Source: a virus (lineage: Duplodnaviria > Caudoviricetes). From it: a DNA stretch of 64,000 nucleotides. Shown here piece by piece: positions 46,947-59,100 of this stretch; within the stretch, counting starts at the first letter, position 1, and every line of letters begins with the position of its first letter. Both the position numbers and the translations under genes were made by a program. The DNA is taken from IMG/VR virus record IMGVR_UViG_3300012983_000036, positions 36,896 through 100,895 of that record; one strand, given 5' to 3'. Under the pieces are notes generated by a model. That model had not been told where the DNA came from. It saw nothing but the letters and a program-made list of their open reading frames with translations, and made no database searches.

Positions 46947-47930
46947 ATGGCAGATAAATTAGATTATACAATAGAGTTGGATGGTACTGAATATGATCTT
47001 ACTGCTGCAGACTCTCTTCATGCTGATCTTGCAAACAGAGTTGAAAATAAATTAACCATCAATGAATCAAAATTAGACTCTAGCATCGCTATCACAGATA
47101 CTACAGTAATTGATGAAAATGTTCAAGAATTAAATTCTATAGAATTTAATGGTAGTGCAGCTAAAGCTGTTTCAGTAGTTCCTAGTAATGGTGGTGTTTT
47201 TACCGGTCCAATTTACATACCAGATATATCTGCACCTAATGAAGATTTAGATAATAATATTTCTGCTAATAAAAAAGCTGCTATAAATCTAAATAGTTTA
47301 GAAACTTTGATTTCGGCACTTAAAGGTTTTCCAATTTTAAACTGGGACGGCACAGAATTAAAAGAAGACGGTGATGCCGACGGAGCTATTGAACCTTTTA
47401 AAGTAATCTTATATCCAAATAGTGCAGAAAATTCTATAAATAATATTCCAAGTAAGTACTATTTTCTTTTGGTAAACAAAGATACGGGGTATCTAAGATT
47501 AGGTTATCCTACTGACAGTGGTAGCGCTTATACTGACTTAGGGGTTTACTATGCAAAGTATACCAGTCAGCTAGGTGCTGCAACTGGAACAGACGGAATT
47601 AACTATTATACATTTAGTAAATTACAAGAACTTATCGCAGCTCTACAGGAGGCTGATACAACAGAAGCATCAACTAGATCCGCCAAAGATGCTGAACTTG
47701 AAGAGAAAATTGGTGCTAATACCACAAATATAAGTACTAATACTACAAACATTGCTACTATAAATGATACTCTTGGAAATCTTGAAAATATCTATGGTTA
47801 TGCAGGAACTGGCACTGGCTCAACTACTCGTAAAAATATTTTTCATGGTAGCGACGATCCTACAGATAGCTCTAAATCTATTTACTCGAAGGGTCAAGTA
47901 GGAGATATTTATATTAAATTATCGAATTAA
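46947..47930 (+). CDS. putative tail fibre protein
   Basis: GGVFTG motif, IxxNTTNI coiled coil, GQVGDIYIK end. Confidence 0.6.
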   Translation: MADKLDYTIELDGTEYDLTAADSLHADLANRVENKLTINESKLDSSIAITDTTVIDENVQELNSIEFNGSAAKAVSVVPSNGGVFTGPIYIPDISAPNEDLDNNISANKKAAINLNSLETLISALKGFPILNWDGTELKEDGDADGAIEPFKVILYPNSAENSINNIPSKYYFLLVNKDTGYLRLGYPTDSGSAYTDLGVYYAKYTSQLGAATGTDGINYYTFSKLQELIAALQEADTTEASTRSAKDAELEEKIGANTTNISTNTTNIATINDTLGNLENIYGYAGTGTGSTTRKNIFHGSDDPTDSSKSIYSKGQVGDIYIKLSN

Positions 47931-47933
47931 TAG

Positions 47934-47970
47934 AGAAACTCAGATATGACTAAATATCTGAGTTTCTTTT
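47934..47970 (+). terminator. intrinsic terminator
   Basis: AGAAACTCAGATAT/ATATCTGAGTTTCT plus TTT. Confidence 0.75.
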
Positions 47971-47972
47971 AT

Positions 47973-47981
47973 TGTATTATA
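47973..47981 (+). promoter_or_regulatory. class A promoter-like motif
   Basis: TGTATTATA. Confidence 0.6.
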
Positions 47982-48017
47982 TATTAAGTATTTTATTGAA
48001 AGGAGACTTAATATATA

Positions 48018-50225
48018 ATGAGAACTCTTGTGATTTTGCGTGGAGCTCCTGGTGCAGGAAAGTCTACTTGGATTAGAGAGCACAATCTTGAAGCTTATAC
48101 CCTCTGTCCAGATGAAATTCGTTTACTTTGCAGCTCTTATGAGTTAAAAGCTGATGGTACATATGCAATAGCTCATAATCAGGAAGTAGAAAATCAAACT
48201 TGGAAAACACTATTTAATCTTTTAGAGTTTAGAATGTCTAGAGGCGAGTTTACAATTATTGACGGTACAGCTTCAAAGACAAAAGATATTCAGCAATATA
48301 AAGAGTTAGCTAGTCAGTATCGCTACAGAATGTATTGTGTTGATTTTTCAGATGTGCCTCTTGAAACTTGTATAAAACAAAATAAGCAGAGACCAGAATA
48401 TAAGTGGGTACCGAATGAAGCTATTGAAAATATTTATGCTCGGTTTGCAACTCAAAAAGTTCCTGCTGGTGTTCCTGTTCTTAAACCTGATGAATTTGAA
48501 CAACTTCTTGAAACACCTTTTGATATGTCAGACTATAAAAAAATTGTTTTTATTGGTGATATTCATGGTTGTTATGATACCTTAATGCAGTATTTTAAAG
48601 AAGGTCTTGACCCAGAAGTTGCCTATATCTTTTTAGGTGACTACTTCGATCGAGGAAATCAAAATGCTGAAGTATTAAATTGGCTTTATTCTATTATGGA
48701 TAAGCCAAATGTATGTTTACTTGAAGGCAATCATGAAAGACATTTAAGAAACTATGGAAATGATTCTCCCTCAGTTTCTAGAGTGTTTGAAAATCAGACA
48801 AAGCCGCAATTGATTAACGGCGGTTTTGATGCTAAAAAAGCTAGAATGTTTTACCGTAAACTAAGACAGATGTCTCATTTTACTTATAACGGGCTTGAAG
48901 TTTTGGCATGCCATGGTGGTATACCCTCTTTAAAGAAAAATTTGCTTTATTTACCAGCTTCTGGTTTTATAAAAGGTATTGGTGACTATAAGGATTATTT
49001 TACTATTGCCGAGACTTGGACACGTGAAACTGCTGAAAATGCTTATCTTATTCATGGGCATCGTAATACTGAAAAGCACGAAACACAAATTGCTGATAGA
49101 GTATTTAATCTTGAAGGTGCTGTTGAAATGGGCGGTCAGCTTAGAATAGTTGAGCTTAACCAGGATTGTACCTGGAATATCATAGAGATAAATAATTGTC
49201 AACCTATCACAGAAGATACAAATACTGAAGAATTTAGAATTGAAACAATTGAACAGGCAGTTCAGTACCTACGTAAAAATAAATTTGTGCAGGAAAAATG
49301 CTTAGGTGAAGGTGTATCTTCTTTTAACTTTACCCGTGAAGCGTTTTACAGTCATAATTGGAATAGCCAAACAATCCTTGCTAGAGGTCTTTTTATCGAT
49401 ACTGAAGAAAATAAGATTATGGCACGTTCGTATGAAAAATTTTTCAGAATTAATGAGGTTAGAGAAACCGAGTTTATAGCTTTAAAAGAAAAATTACAAT
49501 TTCCTGTAAAAGCTTGGCTAAAAGAAAATGGATTTTTGGGAATTGTCTCTTATGACTATAAAAAAGATAATTTATTTATAGCGTCTAAATCTACAAATAA
49601 AGGTGACTATGTAGGATATTTTACTGAATTATTAGCTCCTTATAGAGATTCTATTTTAAGTCTTCTTAGAAGCTACTACAACTGTGATCATCCAGTTACA
49701 CTAGTATTTGAAGTTAAAGACATTGAACATGACCCGCATATTATTCAGTATGATGCTAGCGAAATAGTTTTATTAGATATTATTAAAAATACTCTTCAAT
49801 ATCAGTCACTAGATGAAGAAGTTTTAAATGAGGTTGGAACAATTATAGGATGTTCGGTAAAGCAAAAAGCTTATGTTCTAAATACTTGGGAAGACTTTAG
49901 AGCTTTGTATATGCAAGCTCAAGATGAAAATTATCAGTATAATGATGAGTATATTGAAGGCTTTGTTTTTGAAGATGCCTCTGGTTTTATGACTAAGTGT
50001 AAAACAGGCTATTATAATCTTTGGAAAAAACTTAGAGGTGTTTGTGACCAAACTTTACGTTGTGGTTATATTACTCGTACTGGGATGTTAACTTCAGCAT
50101 TAGAGAATTATTTTTATGGTTTTTGTAGAGGGCTTTATCAAAAAGATAGAGATAAAGAAACAAAAACATATCCTTATAAAACCGACATTATTTCTATAAG
50201 AGAAAAATTCTTATTCGGTAACTAA
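48018..50225 (+). CDS. trifunctional RNA repair enzyme: polynucleotide kinase + metallophosphoesterase + RNA ligase
   Basis: RGAPGAGKST; GDIHG, GDYFDRG, GNHE, HGG, HGH; ARGLF..YEKFF, KENG, FE, EGFV, KCK. Confidence 0.9.
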   Translation: MRTLVILRGAPGAGKSTWIREHNLEAYTLCPDEIRLLCSSYELKADGTYAIAHNQEVENQTWKTLFNLLEFRMSRGEFTIIDGTASKTKDIQQYKELASQYRYRMYCVDFSDVPLETCIKQNKQRPEYKWVPNEAIENIYARFATQKVPAGVPVLKPDEFEQLLETPFDMSDYKKIVFIGDIHGCYDTLMQYFKEGLDPEVAYIFLGDYFDRGNQNAEVLNWLYSIMDKPNVCLLEGNHERHLRNYGNDSPSVSRVFENQTKPQLINGGFDAKKARMFYRKLRQMSHFTYNGLEVLACHGGIPSLKKNLLYLPASGFIKGIGDYKDYFTIAETWTRETAENAYLIHGHRNTEKHETQIADRVFNLEGAVEMGGQLRIVELNQDCTWNIIEINNCQPITEDTNTEEFRIETIEQAVQYLRKNKFVQEKCLGEGVSSFNFTREAFYSHNWNSQTILARGLFIDTEENKIMARSYEKFFRINEVRETEFIALKEKLQFPVKAWLKENGFLGIVSYDYKKDNLFIASKSTNKGDYVGYFTELLAPYRDSILSLLRSYYNCDHPVTLVFEVKDIEHDPHIIQYDASEIVLLDIIKNTLQYQSLDEEVLNEVGTIIGCSVKQKAYVLNTWEDFRALYMQAQDENYQYNDEYIEGFVFEDASGFMTKCKTGYYNLWKKLRGVCDQTLRCGYITRTGMLTSALENYFYGFCRGLYQKDRDKETKTYPYKTDIISIREKFLFGN

Positions 50226-50247
50226 TAAATTAAAAATTAAATATTTT

Positions 50248-50296
50248 AAACCAAGGTTGATGAGCTATTTCATTAGCCTTGGTTTTATTTATTTTT
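50248..50296 (+). terminator. intrinsic terminator
   Basis: AAACCAAGGTTGATGA/TCATTAGCCTTGGTTT with G-U pairs, T-rich tail. Confidence 0.75.
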
Positions 50297-50328
50297 ATTA
50301 AGTATAAATTAAATATTAGTACTTTTTA

Positions 50329-50343
50329 TGCTAAATTATATGA
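50329..50343 (+). promoter_or_regulatory. class B (putative late) promoter motif
   Basis: TGCTAAATTATATGA. Confidence 0.6.
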
Positions 50344-50378
50344 TCTTAAAAATTAAAAGAATTTAAGGAGGTTTTTTA

Positions 50379-50771
50379 ATGTCTAATACAATTTTAATGA
50401 TGAATCGTGGAGATCGTTTTTCTTTTAATATGACAATTTATGATGAATCCCGCGCAACTGGAGTATACGAGTTAAAGCCTGACGATATATTATATTTTGC
50501 ATTACTTAATCCTCATGATAGATTTGAAGATGCCATAATACTAAGAGGTTACACTTATGAGGATGCCAATATTATTGATACTAAAGAAGGTCCTATTCAT
50601 GTTTTTAAAATAATTCTTGAAAGAGAAGATACTATAAATTTGGAACCGGGTGTTTATTATTATACTTTAAAACTGCAAAAAGGCACTAAAACCGGCCAAG
50701 AGAGTCTTAAAGAAACAGCAGCTAATTTGTCAACTATAATAGGGCGTACAAAATTTATTATTAATGAATGA
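50379..50771 (+). CDS. BppU-like baseplate/tail accessory protein
   Basis: MNRGDRF..YEL...D.LYF...EDT.NL.PGVYYY.LKL. Confidence 0.6.
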   Translation: MSNTILMMNRGDRFSFNMTIYDESRATGVYELKPDDILYFALLNPHDRFEDAIILRGYTYEDANIIDTKEGPIHVFKIILEREDTINLEPGVYYYTLKLQKGTKTGQESLKETAANLSTIIGRTKFIINE

Positions 50772-50780
50772 GGTGTTTAA

Positions 50781-53174
50781 ATGATAAAGGGACATATTTC
50801 CTTTGATGAAAATGATGGACTTACTGGTGATGTTTTAGATAGCCCTAAAATATTTAATCATGACTATCTATATAACAGAGATGCTTCTGATGCCCATCCT
50901 ATTACAGCCATCGAGGGACTAGTGGAGCGACTAACCAAGATAGAAAAAGCACAAGAATCACAGACATCTATTCAAGACAATACCTTAACAGCTGAAGCGC
51001 TTACACAGCTGAAGAAAGACCTCACAACTGAGACTTTAAGAGCAAAAAAAGCTGAACAAGAACTAGAAAATAATTTAAATAGCACATCTGATGAGTTTTT
51101 TTCAGCAACAACTAGAGTTAAAACTGAGCTATCTCAAAAAATAACACAAGAAAGCACTAAGACTTTTAATCAGCTTATAGATAAATTAAGAGTTGAGGTT
51201 GCCAGAGCACAAAAAGCTGAGCAAGAGCTAAATAATGCTTTAGATGAATTAACTGAAAATAATACTTCAAGTAATAAAGCTCTCTATTCTGAAATTCAGA
51301 CTAAGTTACAAGAAGAACGTATAAAGTATCAAACAGCGATAGAAAATCTTAGCAATGAGCTTGATATAGTTGCTGATAGTCTAAATTCACAATTATCTAA
51401 AGTATCCTCTGATCTTTCAGCTCAGATCGCCAAAGAACAGACTAGGGCAATTACTACAGAAAGCTTGATAAAAGAGCAACTTCTAGAAATTTTAAAAGAT
51501 TTTAAAGACTTAAAAACCTTACTGGACAATAATACTAATGAAGGTTCATCAGATACAACTAGTATCTTGGCAATCCTACAGACACTGAAACAAGAAATTT
51601 CAGACGGTAAAGAAGTAGATGAACTCCTACAGATAAGAATAGATAATTATATTGACACTATTAATAAAAAGATTAAAATATTACAGGAAACTTCCTCTGA
51701 ATTAGTTGACTCTGCTACTATTATAAAAGCAGAACAAAGTGATATATCTCTAGGTACACAGAAGAATACTGATGATATTAGTCAGCTTAGTAAAAAGCTA
51801 CTTTGGTTAGAAAGCTTTATAGATGAACAAATAGATTTTTTAGCAAAAGCTGACCAAACTAATTTAGAAACAAATTTAAAAGCTATCAGCAGTAATCTTG
51901 AAAAAATAAATACACTTGATAAAAAGCTTACTGATTTTTATTCTGAACTATTATCTAATCAAGCTAATTTACAAAAAGATATTGAAGTGCTCTCAAGTAT
52001 CGTTGATGTATTGGTGAGTTCTCAAGCTACTTTTAAAGAGGCTCAAGCCACCGCACATGAAATCATAGACAAAGATATTTCTGAACTCAAAACTAAGCTA
52101 ACCACAACTGATAGTAGCCTGCAGAAGTTAGCTAATCAGTTAGATGAAGATGGTGCAAGTCTCGATAATTTAAAAGGACAATTTATAGTCGAAAAAAACA
52201 GCAACGAGACTAAAATAACAGCAATAAATAAAGATTTAACAAAACTAGAAAAGTCACTTAATGACTTATTAGATTCTTTAACTAATTATGCTCTCTCCGA
52301 TAACATTAACTCTTATATAGATGATAAATTTGAGGAACAAAACGGACATGTAAATCATCTTATTTTTACTGTCTATGAAGACCGAGTAGCAGATTTAGAG
52401 TCTTGGAAAAGCACTGTTGCAAACGTAATGGACTTCATTGGGGTTACTACTACCAATGTTTGTGATGAACCTAATACAAATCCAATTATTCTTAATAGTC
52501 GAGAAGTAGAGGCTATACCAGGTGATGTAGTTATTTATGGAAATAAAGAGTACGTATGGACAGGTTCTCAATGGGAAGAATTTGGTAACGTTACTGAGCT
52601 GACCGCTAGTGTAGAAGAACACTCTACCAGATTAGATACTATAGAGAGCAAATACTATGCTTGTCCAGCTTCTTTAATCTTTAGCTCGCTAACAGAAGCA
52701 GAAAATTATATAGAAAACAATCAAGCTTTCCCAGGTATGTTAGTAACTGTAAATGCCGACGGGTTGCTAGAGACTTATATATTAAACCTTACAGGAGCTT
52801 TAGAGCTCTTTAGTGGAGGCGGAGGAGGAACAGGTTCACCAGACAAGGTTACTGCTACGCAGTACTGCATTCAAGTACGTCCAAATGTTAATTTTACTTT
52901 TACTCAACTAAGTGATTTTAGCTCACCTGATATTGAAAAAGTTGCATCTATTGATATTGAAAAATCCGAACGTAAGAATAACACAATTATTACTGAGGAG
53001 TTAGATGCACCAGGCGGTTATATATATTATATTAGTCAGCTAGATAACTTAAAATTTACTAGCGCTGGTTTTGATGCTGGTTTTACTAAACTAGAAATTA
53101 AATTAGAAAATGACTATCTCGTATATAGGTCAAATCAAAAAATAATTGACCAAGTAGAGATAACTATAAACTAA
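50781..53174 (+). CDS. long coiled-coil fibre protein
   Basis: DAHPITAIEGL, extended heptads, GDVVIYGNKEYVW.G..WEEFG. Confidence 0.7.
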   Translation: MIKGHISFDENDGLTGDVLDSPKIFNHDYLYNRDASDAHPITAIEGLVERLTKIEKAQESQTSIQDNTLTAEALTQLKKDLTTETLRAKKAEQELENNLNSTSDEFFSATTRVKTELSQKITQESTKTFNQLIDKLRVEVARAQKAEQELNNALDELTENNTSSNKALYSEIQTKLQEERIKYQTAIENLSNELDIVADSLNSQLSKVSSDLSAQIAKEQTRAITTESLIKEQLLEILKDFKDLKTLLDNNTNEGSSDTTSILAILQTLKQEISDGKEVDELLQIRIDNYIDTINKKIKILQETSSELVDSATIIKAEQSDISLGTQKNTDDISQLSKKLLWLESFIDEQIDFLAKADQTNLETNLKAISSNLEKINTLDKKLTDFYSELLSNQANLQKDIEVLSSIVDVLVSSQATFKEAQATAHEIIDKDISELKTKLTTTDSSLQKLANQLDEDGASLDNLKGQFIVEKNSNETKITAINKDLTKLEKSLNDLLDSLTNYALSDNINSYIDDKFEEQNGHVNHLIFTVYEDRVADLESWKSTVANVMDFIGVTTTNVCDEPNTNPIILNSREVEAIPGDVVIYGNKEYVWTGSQWEEFGNVTELTASVEEHSTRLDTIESKYYACPASLIFSSLTEAENYIENNQAFPGMLVTVNADGLLETYILNLTGALELFSGGGGGTGSPDKVTATQYCIQVRPNVNFTFTQLSDFSSPDIEKVASIDIEKSERKNNTIITEELDAPGGYIYYISQLDNLKFTSAGFDAGFTKLEIKLENDYLVYRSNQKIIDQVEITIN

Positions 53175-53197
53175 AATTAGAAAGGATATAACATAGT

Positions 53198-56100
53198 ATG
53201 TCAATTAAAATTTTAGATACTTTTGAGCCTGCTGGCGAATTTGAGCTAGCAGAAGCAAAAGATATTGCGTACTCAGGCTCATATGTAGATGAACAAAATC
53301 AGAAACAATCTCTACATGAAGTTGATACAGCTTTAGATATTTTATTTAATCGAGTTTTCGCTGAGCCTAAATTAAAATATGCGTCTACAGATGTGGATGC
53401 AGAAATAGCTCCAGCAATTCCTTCAGAACCTGTTGCATTTGGGGACCAACTGTCACTAGCTTTTTATATTGATACCCCTTCGCTAGGTCAGTGTACTGTA
53501 ACAGTATATCGTAAAATAAACGGCTCAGAGTCCAACTATAAGTTTGTGCAGTCACAACAGGTGAATAAAGGTGTGGTAGTTATACAGCTAGGCTCCTTCA
53601 GAGACTATGCTGACTATCTATACAAAGTAGAAGTTACCGATGGTGCCGGCAAAATTGCATTAACTCCTTGGGGTACTAATTTCTTAGAATTTAGACGTTA
53701 TTGTAACAGTATAAGCTTTTCAGCCATTCAGTCTGACGATGAAAAACGTAAACTGTTTACTTTGGACGAACAAGAGTATCCATATGAATTCACTTATAAA
53801 ATTGGACAGCTAAATAGCTATGGATATTTGCTATATAAGTTTTTCGAGCCTAACATTGAAATTCCTACAAGTATTTCAACTGAAACATTAGATCAATGGG
53901 AACAAATTAGTTTAAATTCAGATAGCCCTTTATTAGTAGGTCAAGGTATTACAGATAACCGCTGCTTAGCATTACCTAAGACCTCTGCAAGTGGTACACA
54001 TGTTTTAGCTACATGCTTAGTTTTATCAACAACACCTGAGTTAACTACAAATTCTGAAATTATAACTTCGGCTATTTTAAAAAGAAACATTGACCGTTTA
54101 ACTTCAGAAACTTTGGCGGTTGTAGCAACAAAGGCTTTAGACCTACGTGTATCTACACGTGAGACTTGTCAGTTAAGCTTTATTGCAAAAACAACAATTC
54201 CTTCGTTAGCTAACTTTACTAATACAATAAAATTAACAGGTACTTTGTACCATGAAGCTTTAAATGGTAATGGTTCTCATTGTTTTTGTAAAATTTGTAA
54301 TAGAGTTTTTGATAATTCTGCAGAAACCGTCTGTGACTGCGCTGATATAAATAAAGTACAATTAACCGTAAATACAACCAAAAATTATGACGAAACCGTA
54401 ACACATGGTATAGAAGCCCCTTTATGGAATTTATATAGAATAGAGTGGCCATTGGATAAACTAGACCCTCATACTGAGTTAAGGAGTTTAGTTGAAGTTA
54501 AAGCTCGCCCTGTTGGTGATGTGCCAGTAGAAAATACTTTAAATTATTATCAATTATTTGAATTAGAAAAAGCATCAACAGAATCTCTTTATCGTACTGA
54601 TGATTTATTATTTAATTTTGATACTATAGCAGACGCGGGTATCGCAGGTCAGCCGGACTTTATTGCTGGTACTCTTATCCCCGACACAATAGCAGCCCAA
54701 GTTTCAAATACTAGATGGAATGACTCAGAGGGTAGCACACAGCTAGGTTTAAAATTATTTAATAGTATTAAGGGCCAAACAGGTGTTATTGAAAGTACTG
54801 AACAAAACGATCCTGTTGCTAGATTAAACTTATCTTATAATACTTATGCAGTTATGTACAAAAAGGCTGCAGATGGTACTTTAAATCCTTATTCTCCGTG
54901 GACAGAGCTTGCGTCAAATGTAGAAGCAGGACACAATAAACCTGCTTTTTCCATTGAAGCTTATTTTCGTAATACTTATATTGGTGATAAAGATTCAGCT
55001 ATAATTACGCTAATGAATAAGACAGGTAGCGCAGATGGTTTCTTTATCGATAATGAAAAAGCCTATATAAAACTGAAAGGACAGGAAGAGGCTCAGGTTG
55101 CTTTTTCAAGAGACTCCTGGCATCACATTGTAGCGGTCTTTGATTCTAATCCAAACGTTGATATTAATGGTAATATGTCAGGTATTACCGATCAGGAAGA
55201 TATAAATCCTTATCCAACTATTCGCATATACCTTGATGGTACCCTAGTAGCTGTTAATAAAATTGATACGGCTTCCTGGTCTAGCATTCACTCAGCTATT
55301 AAAGATATGCCACCTCTTATTATTAATGGTGAGATGGCAGAAAATAGTCTTAATTTTGTAGAGCCGGCTCTGTCAGTAGATTCACTTGAAGTAATAAATA
55401 CTGGTAAGTGCGATCTTAAAGTTTTACGTGTATACAAGGCAGCTTTAACTTCCAAGGATGTATATTGTAACTATCTATACACAAGAGAAGAAGAGGAAGC
55501 AGCCATAGTAGAAAACCGAAATACAGACGGATTACCTAAAATTTTCTTTATTAAAAATAAACTATCCCCTGAAAATGTTGTAGGTGCTTCTGAAGAAGAT
55601 GAGGCACGTTGGGCTGACTATAATGCAAAATATAAGCTTAATGACAAAAAAACTTGGACTAAAAAGTTAAATCCTACTACATTTACCGATTTGCATAGTA
55701 TTACAGAAAAAAATACTGTATTGGATTCTAATGATAATATTAAACATGGTTCTAAAACTTCTCTTGTAAACTGCTCTATGTATGCATGTATGCCTAATCC
55801 AGACAATCCTAATGAACTACTTTGGTCAGCTGTAGAAACTGATGTTGATGTTTATTTACAGGGTACATCTTCACTTGCATATCCAGTTAAAAACTATCAA
55901 ATAAAAGTAAAACAGATGAATAGAGCTTCCGATGGTGCCCCTCTAACACGTAGTAAAAAAGAAATTTTACCACCTTTCCAGAGTGACCAGACCGGTTGGC
56001 ACACTGCAGGCAGTGTTTATACCTTGAAGTGTGACTTTATGGAGCATTCACACAGAAATAATACTCCAACAGCTAGTTATTATCAAGATGCTGTTTTAGA

Positions 56101-59100
56101 TAGTGTCATCGCTGCTTATCATAAGTATAGCACAGATAATACTGAAGCTATTGCTAAACATTATAGTCCCGCTCGTAGCATTAGAACAGAAATAAGTACT
56201 AGTGAAAATCCAGAACCCACGTCTATCTACAGAGATGCGATAGCAGGTTTTCCATGTGTTGTTTACTACTCAGATAATACTGAGTTAGACTTAAAGGCTC
56301 TTAAAACTACTGTAAGATTTGAGGATTTACCCGGACTGAGTTATGCGGGCTCTTATATGTTTAATGTAGATAAAGAAGGTAAACAGCTAGGATTTGAAAT
56401 TAGTGGTGCTGAGGTTAACTATGAGCATTCTGCCTTCAGTGAAGCTGATAAAAGCCTTATAAAAAATGATCAAGATGTAAGGCTCTCTTGTATTTCATAT
56501 GAAGGTAGTGCAAATACTGACGAGCATGCCGCAGCTTTTGTACCTTTTGTTGAAGCCTTCGCTGATGAGATAGCTCAATATTACGCAGCTTTAATTAGAG
56601 GCGATACAGAAGTTCTTGTATTATTTGAAAAGTCTCAAGGTAAATCATTTAATGATCCAGAAATTGCAGATGATGTAAAAACACTTACCTCATTTACTGA
56701 AAAAATAAAAGATGGTACTTATACATTGTGGGTATATACCTATGATGAAAAAAAGGAAGAATCAGAATGGAAACCTTTTACTAGATATTCATATCTCGAA
56801 GCAACGCTCTCCCCTAGATTTTCTTCTGTGGATGAAGACAACCTAGAAGAAACTTATGATTCTATTGAAAGGGCCATAAACTGGATTAGTAGTGCTAAAA
56901 GTGACACACAAAAGTTTAAAGCAAACTTTGAAAAATACTTTAGCTTAGAATATTGTTTAGCCTACTATTTACAAATGCTATTATTTGCTCAGGTAGATAA
57001 TGCAGGTAAAAATGCTATGTTTGATATTTGGAAATGTCCTGGCGTGCCTACAACAGATTATCCAGCTGATTCTAAATTTAATAAATTATATCCACGTCCA
57101 TATGATATGGATACCCAGATGGGACTTAATAACTCCGGTGAGGATAAAATTCCTGAAATAGTAGAACTTAATCAAGTATTGTCTCCTTACAGCTTTACTG
57201 GAGAACTAGTAAATGCGGGTTATATACAAGCAAGTAACATTATCAGTAACTGGAATACTGTGGTAGCTAATCAGCATTCCAATAGATATCAGTATAATAC
57301 TTCAAACTCAAATCTTTGGAAAACTTTTGGTACGGTTTATAGAGATGAAATTGCTACTATATACAAAGCATTACGTCGACAGGGAATATATAGCGTTGAT
57401 GCAATTTGCAACTATGTAGACAAGATGACATCAAATGTTATTGGTGAACGTTTCTATAACAGAGATGCCGCCGCGAAGTATCTGAATTATAAGTCTGCAA
57501 AAGAGGTTACTAATGAGGATGGCTCTACGAGTACACTTGAGGGTGAATATGAATATAATTCTAGGTACCTTTATTGTATAAGTGGTAATAGAAAAAACCG
57601 TTATAGAGACTTTTTAACTGCTCGTATTACTTTCTTAGATTCTTTCTTTGATTATAATACTGCAAATAAAACAGAGTTACGTATTGGCTATATCCCAGGT
57701 GACCAGTATGATGAAGCAAATAAAATCGGAGGTACACAAGAATTTACAGGTAATACTAGGTGTGTGGCTTGTGGTATTCGTGTTCATAGACCGCAATATA
57801 TTACTATTACTGTACAATCAGTAAACTTATCCTTAAAAACACTAGTTACTCCAGAAGACTCTTATATATTCCATGGTGAATTACATCCAGGTGTGCTTAT
57901 ATGGCTTCCTGCACTTTCTGATGCTGGTGATGCAGAAGTTATAATAAGTGGTGGTGCTAATATTGCTGGGCTAGACCATTTACATTATGCTAACCCAACT
58001 AAATGTCTGTTAGATCTGTGCGCCGGACTAACCGAGCTTGATTTGACTGACTGTGCGAAGCTTAGTAATTTAACTTTAAGTCCTAATGGTTATTTACGTA
58101 AGTTTATTTTTGATGATGCAGGCGCATTAGACTCAGAGCGCAACTTAACTATTGATTTATCGGCCTGCAAAGACTTAGTTGAAGTTTCTGCAAAAAATTC
58201 TAAAATTACTTCTTTACTCCTACCTGCCCGTTCAAGTTTAACAAAACTTGATTTAACAAAAACAAATATAGAAGCCTTAGAAGTACAAGGAACGGCTCAC
58301 TTAACTGTAGATAAACTTAAATTAACTGAATGTACTCGCTTAAAAGAATTAACTATTAAAAATTGTCCTAAAATTTTAATAGAAGATGATATGAGTATCA
58401 CTGATAAAAAAGTGAAAACAGCTTTTGATAAATTAATTCCACATGGTCAGCTTCGAAAATTAATATTAGAAAATTGTGATGGTATCACAAAATTAAATTT
58501 ACATGGTTCAAATAATCTTACTTTTTTATCTTTAAAGTTGCCTAGTTTATTATCATTATCTCTAGTAAATACAGTAGCCCCAATTTTTGATTTTGCTTGG
58601 GATAGTACAGAATATACGGGATTAGATTTAAATGACCTAACGAGTTTAATCTATTTAAATCTTAAATCAACGGGCGGCTCAAGCAGTGCTAACAAATTTG
58701 GTCTTGTGCGTTTACCTAATGAAGCTAAGATTGAAACATTATACATTAATGAATCAACTATTAAGTCATTAGCTGTTACTGGTAATGAAATAGCTGAAGG
58801 CCTATATGATTTCAGTTCAATGGCAAATCTTAAGTCACTATCAATTACAAAGAATACGGCCGTAAATAGAATTAAAAAGCTCACATATTGTACCACGTCA
58901 ACAAGTACATTCAGTGGATGTAGCAATTTAGTGAGTTTTGATAATGAGTGTAGATTGACTATAGAAACAGATTGCGCAGCTAGTACTTTTAGTAGCTGTT
59001 CTGCGCTTGAAGAAATTCCAGATCATGTTCTGTCTTTTGAATCTCAAAGTGGCCTTAAAGGTAATGGTTTCTTTTATGGCTGTGGTCAATTGTCAGCAGA

